The position numbers and the translations under genes are program-made. The notes below the pieces were generated by a model. It did not search any database, was not told where the DNA came from, and saw nothing but the letters and a program-made list of their open reading frames with translations. From Candidatus Sulfopaludibacter sp. SbA3 (lineage in GTDB: Bacteria; Acidobacteriota; Terriglobia; Bryobacterales; Bryobacteraceae): a stretch of 51,810 nucleotides of DNA. The first letter of the stretch is position 1; each line of letters starts with the position of its first letter. The stretch is from contig CAMATG010000001.1 in assembly GCA_945860645.1 (NCBI GenBank), positions 1-51,810 on the forward strand. Reading direction: 5' to 3'. Shown piece by piece: positions 8,761-19,561 of the stretch.

Positions 8761-9073
8761 GCTTTCAGCCTAAAGCTGCGCCCCGCTGAGTGCTGTGACC
8801 AAGGTCACTGTGACGATTGTAATCATAGGGAAACAAATTCAAGATGAAATGTTTTCTCATTGAAAATAAGGGACTTATCAAAATAATAGCACTTGTAATC
8901 TAGTCCAGGTCCTGTGCTAGACTAAGGGTCCGCCCAGTCATCTGGCGGGTCACAACGGGATTCCTGCCTCGGGAACACAATCACTACATCGCCAGTTTTC
9001 AACCGGTTTTCCACACCCTGTGGAAAATCTGAGGGAAACTTTTTCCCTGTAAGGCTTCTCTACTTTTTTCACC
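8761..9073. other. candidate oriC part 1 and dnaA promoter region
   Basis: Divergent intergenic region upstream of dnaA. The AT-rich patch at about 8815-8905 stands out in a high-GC genome. A palindromic DnaA-box pair sits at 9007-9027. Gene orientation and G/C bias switch here. Confidence 0.6.
9007..9027. promoter_or_regulatory. inverted pair of DnaA boxes
   Basis: ttttccaca (9007-9015), ccc, tgtggaaaa (9019-9027). Each matches the TTATCCACA consensus at 8 of 9 positions. The pair lies 47 nt upstream of the dnaA ATG. Confidence 0.7.
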
Positions 9074-10393
9074 ATGAGTACTTGGGATCGTATCAGGCAC
9101 CACCTTTCGCAAACCATCAGCGCTGAGAGCTTTCAGAACTGGCTTGCCCCGACCGAACAACGCGAAGAATTCAGCGGGACTCTCCTCGTCAGAGTACCGA
9201 GCGAAGCAGCCAAGATGTGGCTGGAACAGGAATACGGCGACAAAATCGCCGCGGCAATCAGCGCGCTGAAACTGGACGTACGCACCGTGCTTTACGAAGT
9301 CGCCGCCGGGCCTTCAGCCCTGGCCGCTTTGACGGGCGATAAGACCGGACCGGCGAATGAAGTCCAATTCGCTTCGCCGGCAACCCAATTAAATCCGAAA
9401 TACTCGTTCGACTCCTTCGTCGTCGGCTCCTGCAACCAGTTCGCCCACGCGGCCGCACGGGCCGTGGCGGACCATCCGGCGAATCGGTATAACCCCTTGT
9501 TTATCTATGGGGGAGTGGGGATGGGGAAAACCCATCTGATGAACGCCATCGGTAGGGCACTGATGAATCACCGCGAGGGGATGAAAGTCGTATACACCTC
9601 CAGCGAACGGTTCATGAACGAAATGATCGCCAGCATCCGCACCGACCGTATGTCGCAGTTCCACCAGCACTACCGGAACGCCGATGCGCTGCTCATCGAC
9701 GACGTCCAGATCCTGGCCAACCGTGAACGCACACAAGAAGAATTCTTCCATACTTTCAACGAGTTATACGAACACGGCAAGCAAATCGTGATCTCCTCCG
9801 ACCGTCCTCCGAAGGAAGTCTCGGGGTTGATGGACCGTCTGCGCAGCCGGTTTGAGTGGGGACTGATGGTGGACGTCCAGGCGCCGGACCTGGAGACCAA
9901 GATGGCGATTCTGGACAAGAAGTCCGAAGCCGATGGGGTGCATCTCCCCGAGGACGTTCGGATCTATATCGCCACGAAGACGAAATCGAACGTGCGGGAG
10001 CTGGAAGGCGCCCTGGTGAAGCTGATTGCCTATTCCAGCGTGACCGATACCCCCATCTCACTGGCGATGGCCCAGCAGGTCCTGAAACACCTTTCCGCGG
10101 GAAGTGATAAGCGGATCACGGTGGAATCGATCATCAAGGCGGTTGCGGAGAAGTTCAGCCTGCAACCGGCGCAGTTGAAGCAGAAGACGAACGTGCAGCA
10201 GATCGCCTATCCGAGGCAGATCGCGATGTATTTGTGCAAAGAACTGACGACGGCATCGCTCCCCGAGATCGGCCGGCACTTCAATGGGAAGCATCACACG
10301 ACGGTGCTGCACTCGGTGCAGAAAATCGACAAGTTGCGGCAACGTGACGCGGACTTGAACAGGATTATCCACAGCATCACCGACGCGTTATGA
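9074..10393 (+). CDS. dnaA: chromosomal replication initiator DnaA
   Basis: Walker A GGVGMGKTHL, LLIDDVQ, the sensor region, and the C-terminal DNA-binding motif KHHTTVLHS. Confidence 0.97.
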   Translation: MSTWDRIRHHLSQTISAESFQNWLAPTEQREEFSGTLLVRVPSEAAKMWLEQEYGDKIAAAISALKLDVRTVLYEVAAGPSALAALTGDKTGPANEVQFASPATQLNPKYSFDSFVVGSCNQFAHAAARAVADHPANRYNPLFIYGGVGMGKTHLMNAIGRALMNHREGMKVVYTSSERFMNEMIASIRTDRMSQFHQHYRNADALLIDDVQILANRERTQEEFFHTFNELYEHGKQIVISSDRPPKEVSGLMDRLRSRFEWGLMVDVQAPDLETKMAILDKKSEADGVHLPEDVRIYIATKTKSNVRELEGALVKLIAYSSVTDTPISLAMAQQVLKHLSAGSDKRITVESIIKAVAEKFSLQPAQLKQKTNVQQIAYPRQIAMYLCKELTTASLPEIGRHFNGKHHTTVLHSVQKIDKLRQRDADLNRIIHSITDAL

Positions 10394-10651
10394 ACGTTTT
10401 ACGGATTTTTCCACAGACAGGGCCAAAATAGCCTGAGGAAGTCTGTGGAGGGATTTCGCCCCCCTGGGTCTTCCACCGATTCCCACTGGCGATTCCAAAA
10501 CGGCACATGACGAGAAGCACTTTGTTTTAGTACAATTTAGAGAGAATTCAACATATCCACAGGCCCTACTATTCCGATACCTGTTTAGTAATCATCTTTC
10601 ACAGAAGAACAGAAGCGGAGAAGGGCAGCGGGGACGGCAAAGGCAACGACG
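10394..10651. other. candidate oriC part 2 (dnaA-dnaN intergenic)
   Basis: DnaA boxes ttttccaca 10407-10415 and atatccaca 10553-10561. Weaker TCCAC cores at 10443-10451 (inverted) and 10469-10477. AT-rich stretch ctttgttttagtacaatttagagagaattcaacatat at about 10520-10556. Confidence 0.55.
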
Positions 10652-11767
10652 ATGGAATTCACAGTCAATCGATCCGATCTGGTGCGTGAACTGGGCCTGT
10701 CCCAGGGTGTTGTCGAGAAGAAGTCGACGATACCGATCCTCTCGAACATCCTCCTCGAGGCGGATGGCGAGCGGTTGACGTTGACGGCGACCGATCTGGA
10801 GTTGGGGATCCGGTGCAGCTGCCCGGCGAAGGTGAAGAAGGCCGGTAGCGGCACGATTCCGGCCAAGAAGCTGATGGACTACGTCCGCCTGTTGCCGGAA
10901 GGCGAAATCAACATCAAGTTCGGCGACAACCAATGGGCGTCGATCACGGCCGGCAAGGCGCGTACCCGGATTGCGGGTATGAGCCGGGAGAGCTTCCCGG
11001 AACTGCCGGAGATGCCGGACACGCTGGCGGAACTGCCGGTGAAGTTGCTGGCGGGGATGATCCAACGCACGATCTTCGCGATCTCGGCCGAAGAATCCCG
11101 GTTTACCCTGAACGGCGCGCTGTTGCTGGTGAAACCGGATGGGCTGACCATGGTCTCCACCGACAGCCACCGTCTGGCCACCGTAGAAGTGCCTATGGCG
11201 ATCGATTTGAGCTCCGGGCAACCCTTCCGTGCCCTCCTGCCCCGCAAGGCCATGAACGAGCTCCTGAAGCTCTCCAGCGAAGCTGGACCGGACGCGAAGC
11301 TCCTGTTCAGCGGTGACGACAATCACCTGTTCTTCCAACTGGGCGACCGGTTGCTGTTGAGCCGCAAGCTGACCGGCAACTTCCCCGACTTCGAACGCGT
11401 GCTGCCGAAAGAGCACCCGAACGTGATCACAATGCACCGCGACGAGCTGAAGGCTTGTTTGGAACGCGTGATGCAGTTCGCCGATGAGCGATCGCGAGCG
11501 ATCAAGCTGCGCGCCATCGATGGCGAAGTGATGTTGCACTCGTCCTTGTCGGACACCGGCGAATCGGAAGAGACGCTGAACGTCACCTACAACGGCCCGA
11601 AGGTGGACATTGGCTTCAACGCCCAGTACCTGCTGGAATTCCTGCGGGCCGGGGACGAAGCGGAAGTTTCGTTTTTGTTTAAAGACGCCGGCAGTGCCGG
11701 CGAGTTGCGTCCGGTGGGAGATTCCCCCCTCCGTTACCGGTACGTCGTCATGCCGATGCGCATTTGA
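10652..11767 (+). CDS. dnaN: DNA polymerase III beta sliding clamp
   Basis: 371 aa in the canonical position after dnaA. MEFTVNRSDL.., the LTLTATDLE motif and PMRI at the C-terminus are typical. Confidence 0.95.
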   Translation: MEFTVNRSDLVRELGLSQGVVEKKSTIPILSNILLEADGERLTLTATDLELGIRCSCPAKVKKAGSGTIPAKKLMDYVRLLPEGEINIKFGDNQWASITAGKARTRIAGMSRESFPELPEMPDTLAELPVKLLAGMIQRTIFAISAEESRFTLNGALLLVKPDGLTMVSTDSHRLATVEVPMAIDLSSGQPFRALLPRKAMNELLKLSSEAGPDAKLLFSGDDNHLFFQLGDRLLLSRKLTGNFPDFERVLPKEHPNVITMHRDELKACLERVMQFADERSRAIKLRAIDGEVMLHSSLSDTGESEETLNVTYNGPKVDIGFNAQYLLEFLRAGDEAEVSFLFKDAGSAGELRPVGDSPLRYRYVVMPMRI

Positions 11768-11778
11768 AAACCACGTAG

Positions 11779-14208
<2,430 letters not shown>

Positions 14209-14272
14209 TTCGAGAGAATTATTGTTATCCTTGGGGTGCGCCGACAGAACACCGCGGCGACACCCTGCTTCG

Positions 14273-14294
14273 AGCGCCGTCCGGGCGCTTTTGT
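14273..14294 (+). terminator. rho-independent terminator after gyrB
   Basis: Stem agcgcc (14273-14278) / ggcgct (14284-14289), loop gtccg, followed by a T-run. Confidence 0.55.
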
Positions 14295-14336
14295 AAGACC
14301 AGGACTTGATCACTCCGTGACAGGTACCAAGGCATA

Positions 14337-15125
14337 ATGACTGCAAACGATTTCCGACGGGCCAAGGCCCAGGGCAGGAAGCTATCGATGGCTACCTGCT
14401 ACGACTACACGTTCGCCCGGCTGCTGGCGAAGAGCCCGATTGACGGCATCCTGGTGGGCGATAGCGCCGCCATGGTGATGCATGGGCATGAGACGACGCT
14501 GACGGCGACGGTTGAGATGATGCGGATGCATGTGGCCGCTGTGGCGCGCGGGGCGGGAGACAAGTTGGTTGTTGCCGACCTGCCGTTTCTCTCGTACCGG
14601 AAGGGACTGCCGGCGGCGATGGAGGCGGCGCATGTGCTGATGGCGGCCGGTGCGCATGCGGTGAAACTGGAAGGCGTTGGCGGGCACGAGGACGTGATCG
14701 CGCAACTGGTGGGCAGCGGTGTTCCGGTGATGGGCCACCTGGGCTTGCAGCCGCAGTCGGTGCAGGCGTACGGCGGATTCAAGCCGCAGGGCCGGGATGC
14801 CGTGGCGGCGTTGGCGATCGCGCGGCAGGCGGAGGCGCTGGAAGAGTTGGGAGCGTTCGCGGTGGTTCTTGAGTGTATTCCGGCGGCGTTGGCGGCGCAG
14901 ATTACGGCGACGATTGCGATTCCGACGATTGGGATTGGTGCGGGTGCCGATTGCGACGGCCAGATTCTGGTGCTGCAGGACCTGTTGGGGCTGAACTCCA
15001 GTTTTCGGCCGCGCTTCGCGCGGCAGTTTTGTGATGGAGAGACTGCGATTCTGAAGGCTTTGGCGGAATATGACCTCGCGGTGAAATCGTCTGAGTTTCC
15101 TCGCGCTGAGGAGAGCTACTCGTGA
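14337..15125 (+). CDS. panB: 3-methyl-2-oxobutanoate hydroxymethyltransferase
   Basis: KLSMATCYDYTFARLL, ILVGDSAAMVMHGHETT, VVADLPFLSY and KLEGG-type motifs. Confidence 0.93.
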   Translation: MTANDFRRAKAQGRKLSMATCYDYTFARLLAKSPIDGILVGDSAAMVMHGHETTLTATVEMMRMHVAAVARGAGDKLVVADLPFLSYRKGLPAAMEAAHVLMAAGAHAVKLEGVGGHEDVIAQLVGSGVPVMGHLGLQPQSVQAYGGFKPQGRDAVAALAIARQAEALEELGAFAVVLECIPAALAAQITATIAIPTIGIGAGADCDGQILVLQDLLGLNSSFRPRFARQFCDGETAILKALAEYDLAVKSSEFPRAEESYS

Positions 15126-15830
15126 AGGCCAAAAATTTTTCCGGCGCTTCGCGCCGCCACTATGTGAGGTACTGTCTACCAGGAGGACCGCAGTGACGGA
15201 AGCCGTTATTACCTCGCGAGCTACTCAGTTCCACCGAGCATTTCGGGTGTCCAAGGTGCCGATGCTGCGAACGGGTCGACTCTCTCCGCGACTCTGCTGG
15301 GACGAAAAACATTTCCCCGCGCTGCGCGCGGCCGCACGCGTTCTTAGTTGGCGAGCTGGCCGGTTCTGCAGGGCATTTCTGGTGTTTGGGGTGCCGAAGC
15401 TGCGAGCGAGTCGACTATCGCCGCGATTCTGCTGGGGCGAAAAAATTTTCCCCGCGCTGCGCGCGGCCGCAGGCGTTCTTAGTTGGCGAATTGCGCAGTG
15501 CTACAGAGCATTTCGGGTGTCCGAGGTGCCGATGCTGCGAGCGAGTCGACTATCTCCGCGAATCTGCTGGGGCGAAAAACATTTCCCCGCGCTGCGCGCG
15601 GTCGCAGGCGTTCTTAGTTGGCGAGTTGCCCGGTCCTACCGGATATTGCGGGTGTCCGAGGTGCCGATGCTGCGAGCGAGTCGACTATCTCCGCGAATCT
15701 GCTGGGGCGAAAAACATTTCCCCGCGCTGCGCGCGGTCGCAGGCGTTCTTAGTTGGCGAGTTGCCCGGTTCTACCGGATATTGCGGGTGTCCGAGGTGCC
15801 GATGCTGCGAGCCGGCAGGCTATCCCGTTC
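15110..15830. repeat. tandem array of a 135-bp unit, about 5 copies, between panB and panC
   Basis: Unit starts at 15245, 15380, 15515, 15650 and 15785 (period exactly 135). A degenerate copy lies before 15245 and a partial copy after 15785. Copies 15515-15649 and 15650-15784 differ at one base (15635 c vs 15770 t). Each unit carries the hairpin ccgcgc-tgc-gcgcgg. Confidence 0.9.
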
Positions 15831-15857
15831 ATCGCCCCAACCGATTGGAGTATCGTA

Positions 15858-16643
15858 ATGCGAGTCTCAACGAACCTCACAGAGTGGCGCGCCAGGCGCG
15901 CGGAAGTTTCCGGACGAACGATCGGCGTCGTTCCGACAATGGGTGCGCTCCACCCCGGACACGGTTCGCTGGTGGAACGCTGCCGGCGGGAGAATGAAAT
16001 CGTAGTGGCTACGCTGTTCGTCAACCCCACACAGTTCAACGACCCTTCCGATTTGCAGAAGTATCCGCGCACCTTGGAAGCAGATCTGGAACTGCTGGAG
16101 GCACTGGGCACCGATGACGTCTTCTGCCCGGACACCGCCACGCTATACCCGAACGGCTATGCGTTTCGCGTCATCTCCGACAGCCTGGCCACGGTGATGG
16201 AGGGGCGGAGCCGGCCGGGCTTCTTTGATGGTGTGATGACCGTGGTGTTGAAGCTGTTGAACATCATTCAGGCCGACCGCGCCTACTTCGGCGAGAAGGA
16301 CTACCAGCAATGGAAAGTACTCCACGCCATGGCCGCCGACCTGTTCCTGCCTACCGAGATCCTCGCCTGTCCGACGATCCGTACCGCGTCCGGACTGGCG
16401 GAGAGTAGCCGGAACGCCCTGCTGACCGCGGGCGGCCGGCAGAAGGCCGCCGAGATCTACCGCGCACTCCGGTTCGCCCCAACGGCCGATGTTGCGCGGC
16501 AGCAGCTGGAAGCCGAGGGGTTCCGCGTCGATTACGTGGAAGAACATTGGGGCCGGCGGTTTGCCGCCGCGTTTCTGGAAGGGGTCCGTTTGATCGATAA
16601 TGTGCCACTGGAGGAACCGGAATGCTCTTCTGCCTTGATGTAG
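15858..16643 (+). CDS. panC: pantoate-beta-alanine ligase
   Basis: ATG at 15858 with ggag 8 nt upstream. IGVVPTMGALHPGHGSLV (HxGH motif) and VATLFVNPTQFN. The ORF-track start at 15753 lies inside the repeat array. Confidence 0.92.
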   Translation: MRVSTNLTEWRARRAEVSGRTIGVVPTMGALHPGHGSLVERCRRENEIVVATLFVNPTQFNDPSDLQKYPRTLEADLELLEALGTDDVFCPDTATLYPNGYAFRVISDSLATVMEGRSRPGFFDGVMTVVLKLLNIIQADRAYFGEKDYQQWKVLHAMAADLFLPTEILACPTIRTASGLAESSRNALLTAGGRQKAAEIYRALRFAPTADVARQQLEAEGFRVDYVEEHWGRRFAAAFLEGVRLIDNVPLEEPECSSALM

Positions 16644-17395
16644 GAAATAGCCAGACCTTTGGGGGCGTCTACGACGGGGACACGTTGCTGTTCACGTTTC
16701 GGCGAACGGGGAGCGCGCGGGCTTCCTCAGATGAGTCCGGGATCTTCTTCAGGACGGTGTTGCGCGAGAATGGCGTGGACCCCGCTTCAGTGCGGCAGGT
16801 GGCGATTTGCTCCGTTGTGCCGGACGCGCTGCACTCACTGCGGAACTGTTTCTTGAAGTACTTTCAGGCGGAGCCGTTTGTGCTGCAGCCGGGGACGAAG
16901 ACGGGGTTGAAGATCCGGTACAGGAACCCGTTGGAGGTTGGCGCGGACAAGATTGCCAACGCGATGGGCGCGGTGGGGCGGTACCCGCGAAGGGACCTGG
17001 TGATTGTGGACTTCGGCACGGCCACGACTTTGTGCGCGGTGAACGCGGAGGCTGAGTATCTGGGCGGGATCATCACGCCGGGGGTGCAGATGTCGATGGC
17101 GGCGTTGGACGCGCGGACGGCGCGGTTGCCGGCGGTGGAGATCTGCAAGCCGGCGACGGTGCTGGGCCGCACGACGGTGGAGAGTATTCAGTCCGGGCTG
17201 TTCCACGGCACGCTGGCCACGGTGCGCACGCTGACGGGGGCGATCGCCGAAGAGCAGTTTAACGGACGGGAACCGGTGCTGGTGGGAACGGGCGGATTCG
17301 GGCGGCTCTTCGCGCAGGAGAAGCTGTTCGATGCGTTCATTCCGGAGTTGGCGCTGCTGGGTTTGCGGCGGGCTGTGGGGTTGGCGACACCGTAG
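16622..17395 (+). CDS. coaX: type III pantothenate kinase
   Basis: MLFCLDVGNSQT.., VDFGTATT, GGIITPG. GGAGGA lies 7 nt upstream of the ATG. Overlaps the panC end by 22 nt. Confidence 0.9.
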   Translation: MLFCLDVGNSQTFGGVYDGDTLLFTFRRTGSARASSDESGIFFRTVLRENGVDPASVRQVAICSVVPDALHSLRNCFLKYFQAEPFVLQPGTKTGLKIRYRNPLEVGADKIANAMGAVGRYPRRDLVIVDFGTATTLCAVNAEAEYLGGIITPGVQMSMAALDARTARLPAVEICKPATVLGRTTVESIQSGLFHGTLATVRTLTGAIAEEQFNGREPVLVGTGGFGRLFAQEKLFDAFIPELALLGLRRAVGLATP

Positions 17396-18614
17396 AATGA
17401 AGCGCGCTGTTTGCCTCGCGGAGCAACCCCATTTCAATCGGGATGGCTACCTTGGCGAGTACCGTGAACACGAACGCTCCGAGCGCCCAGATGCCCAGCG
17501 CGACGGTGAGTTCCACCCAAGTAGGAGAGTATTCGTGGATCTTGCCCCACGGTTCGGGGATGAAGCCGGGGATGATGGTGCCGATGCCCTTTTCGATGAG
17601 GATGCCGACGAAGAGCATGACGCAGGCGCTGTAGAGGACCGCCTTTTTTGCGCGCAGGTGATGGAGGGTGAGCAACCCGGTGGCGGTGGCAATCAGCGCG
17701 ATGGACGACCAGATCCAGGGAACGAGCGCGCGCTTTTCGCCGATCCCGAAGAAGAGGTAGCGGGCGCTCTGGCCGTGGTGGGTGTTGCGATAGAACTCGA
17801 CGAACAACTCAGAGATCGTCATGACGACGCAGATCTGGGCGGCGACGGTGACGACGACGGAGAGTTTCTGAATCGTTTCGTGCGCCACGGGATAACCGCC
17901 GAAGCGGCGGATGAGCGTCAGCACGAGAATCATCAATGCAGGGCCGGCGGTGAAGGCCGTCGCCAGGAAACGCGGGCCTAAGAGGGATGAGTTCCAGAAT
18001 GGCCGCGCCGGGAGGCCGGCGTAGAGGAACGCCGTGACCAGGTGCAGACTGACGGCCCAGGCGATGGAGAGGAGCACGACGGGCACGTAATAACGCTTAT
18101 CCGCTTCGCGCCCTTGCCAGTGGGAATACAGCAGGTAGAACGGGACACCGACATTGAGAGCGAGGTAGCCGTTCAAGACCAGGATGTCCCACGCCAGGAG
18201 GGAGCGCGGGAAGTTGATGCGGCCAACAACGGGGAGCAGATGCCAGAGGCGGGCGGGGCCGCCGACATCGACCACCACGAAAGAGATGGCCATGATGAGA
18301 GCGGCAACGGCCATGGCTTCCCCGATAAGGACGGCGCTGTGGAAGTCGTGATCTTTGAGCACATAGGTCGGCATGACGAGGATGACGGCGGCGGCGGCGA
18401 CACCGACGAGGAAGGTGAAATTGGAGATGTAGAATCCCCAACTGACGTGATCGTGGAGGCCGGTGACGATGAGGCCTTCGCGGAGCTGGACAGAGTAGGC
18501 CCAGGCGCCGCAGCACATGAGGAACGTGAGGACGCCCATCCAGGCGTGATAGGCGGTGGACCCTTGGGTTGCCTCGCGCAACGCGTCGTTGAAGAAAGCT
18601 CGCAGTGTGCGCAT
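17337..18614 (-). CDS. NrfD/PsrC-family integral membrane quinol-interacting subunit
   Basis: 425 aa, about 10 hydrophobic helices. Sits immediately downstream (3-nt gap) of an NrfC-like FeS protein. Confidence 0.8.
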   Translation of the reverse strand: MRTLRAFFNDALREATQGSTAYHAWMGVLTFLMCCGAWAYSVQLREGLIVTGLHDHVSWGFYISNFTFLVGVAAAAVILVMPTYVLKDHDFHSAVLIGEAMAVAALIMAISFVVVDVGGPARLWHLLPVVGRINFPRSLLAWDILVLNGYLALNVGVPFYLLYSHWQGREADKRYYVPVVLLSIAWAVSLHLVTAFLYAGLPARPFWNSSLLGPRFLATAFTAGPALMILVLTLIRRFGGYPVAHETIQKLSVVVTVAAQICVVMTISELFVEFYRNTHHGQSARYLFFGIGEKRALVPWIWSSIALIATATGLLTLHHLRAKKAVLYSACVMLFVGILIEKGIGTIIPGFIPEPWGKIHEYSPTWVELTVALGIWALGAFVFTVLAKVAIPIEMGLLREANSALHSTVSPTPQPAANPAAPTPE

Positions 18615-18617
18615 CGG

Positions 18618-19526
18618 TTAGTCCATGTAGTACCAGAATTTTGGTTCGGTGCCGAGGTCCTCTTTGAGGCGAAACACCTTTTTATTGGCCAGAATCCAGC
18701 GAATTTCGCTGTTCGGATCCAGTAGATTGCCGAAGACGCGGGCGCCGGTGGGACAGGCCTCGACGCAGGCCGGGTTCTTGCCGTCACGGGAGCGCTGGAT
18801 GCAAAACGTGCACTTTTCTACGACACCCTTCTTGCGGAGACGGTTGCCCAAGTAGTGCTGGTTGGGGTTGACCTCTTCGATGGGGACGACCGGATCGGCC
18901 CAGTTGAAGCGGCGGGCGTCGTAGGGGCAGGCAGCCATGCAGTAGCGGCAGCCGATGCACCAGTTGTAATCGACGACGACGATGCCATCGGGCTCCATCC
19001 AGGTGGCCTTCACGGGACAGACGTCGACACAGGGCGGGTTCTGGCAGTGGAAGCACTGGGTACCCATATAGAAGTGCCCGGCGGCGGGGACCTGGTGAAA
19101 GAAGTCGTCGTTGGCCTCTTCGAAATCCATGGAGCCCTTCTTGTTTTCGTGGATGCGGATGTAGGCCATGCCGCTGGCGCGGTCCTGGTTGTTTTCTTCT
19201 ATGCAGGCCTTGACGCAATCCATGTAGCCACGGCATTTGGAGACGTTGAAGGCGTAGCCGTAGAGGACGTCTTTGCGGGGCCCCTGGGCGCTGACGTCGA
19301 TGCGGTTGCCGGTATTGAGTTCGTAGCTGCGTTCGAGCCGGCGGACGGTGGCGTCCTTTTCGGTGTCCGTCATCAGCTGGAAATTCTGCTGGAAGTAGGC
19401 CTGCCAATCGAGTTGTGCCTTCTCCTTTTCGGCGGCGGAGGCGAGGGGGCTGCAGGAGGTCTGAAGGACGCCAAGGCCGGCGGCGAGCATGCCTCCAAGG
19501 GTGGTCATCGCGTCGCGGCGGTCCAT
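18618..19526 (-). CDS. Tat-exported 4x[4Fe-4S] ferredoxin subunit, NrfC/PsrB/HybA-like
   Basis: Start MDRRDAMTTLGGMLAAGLG has a twin-arginine motif. Cys clusters CFHCQNPPCVDVCP, CIGCRYCMAACP and CTFC..CVEACP. The ORF-track start at 19736 would overlap the upstream cytochrome gene. Confidence 0.85.
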   Translation of the reverse strand: MDRRDAMTTLGGMLAAGLGVLQTSCSPLASAAEKEKAQLDWQAYFQQNFQLMTDTEKDATVRRLERSYELNTGNRIDVSAQGPRKDVLYGYAFNVSKCRGYMDCVKACIEENNQDRASGMAYIRIHENKKGSMDFEEANDDFFHQVPAAGHFYMGTQCFHCQNPPCVDVCPVKATWMEPDGIVVVDYNWCIGCRYCMAACPYDARRFNWADPVVPIEEVNPNQHYLGNRLRKKGVVEKCTFCIQRSRDGKNPACVEACPTGARVFGNLLDPNSEIRWILANKKVFRLKEDLGTEPKFWYYMD

Positions 19527-19561
19527 GGTTTTGTTGTTCAGGATCTGGAACGGGGAGTCGG

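Noticed and set aside
15110-15830. Possible CRISPR array.
   Set aside because: The units are contiguous with no unique spacers, the 135-nt period is far longer than CRISPR repeats, and there are no cas genes in the window.
15193-15858. 221-aa ORF through the 135-bp repeats. It has a perfect AGGAGG-N6-GTG start and a TAATG junction with panC. A second open frame runs 15386-15997.
   Set aside because: Sixteen nucleotide differences between repeat copies give 13 amino-acid changes in 45 codons. Two frames are open simply because the period is a multiple of 3. The product is extremely Arg/Cys/Trp-rich. This is kept as a caveat inside the repeat finding rather than called a CDS.
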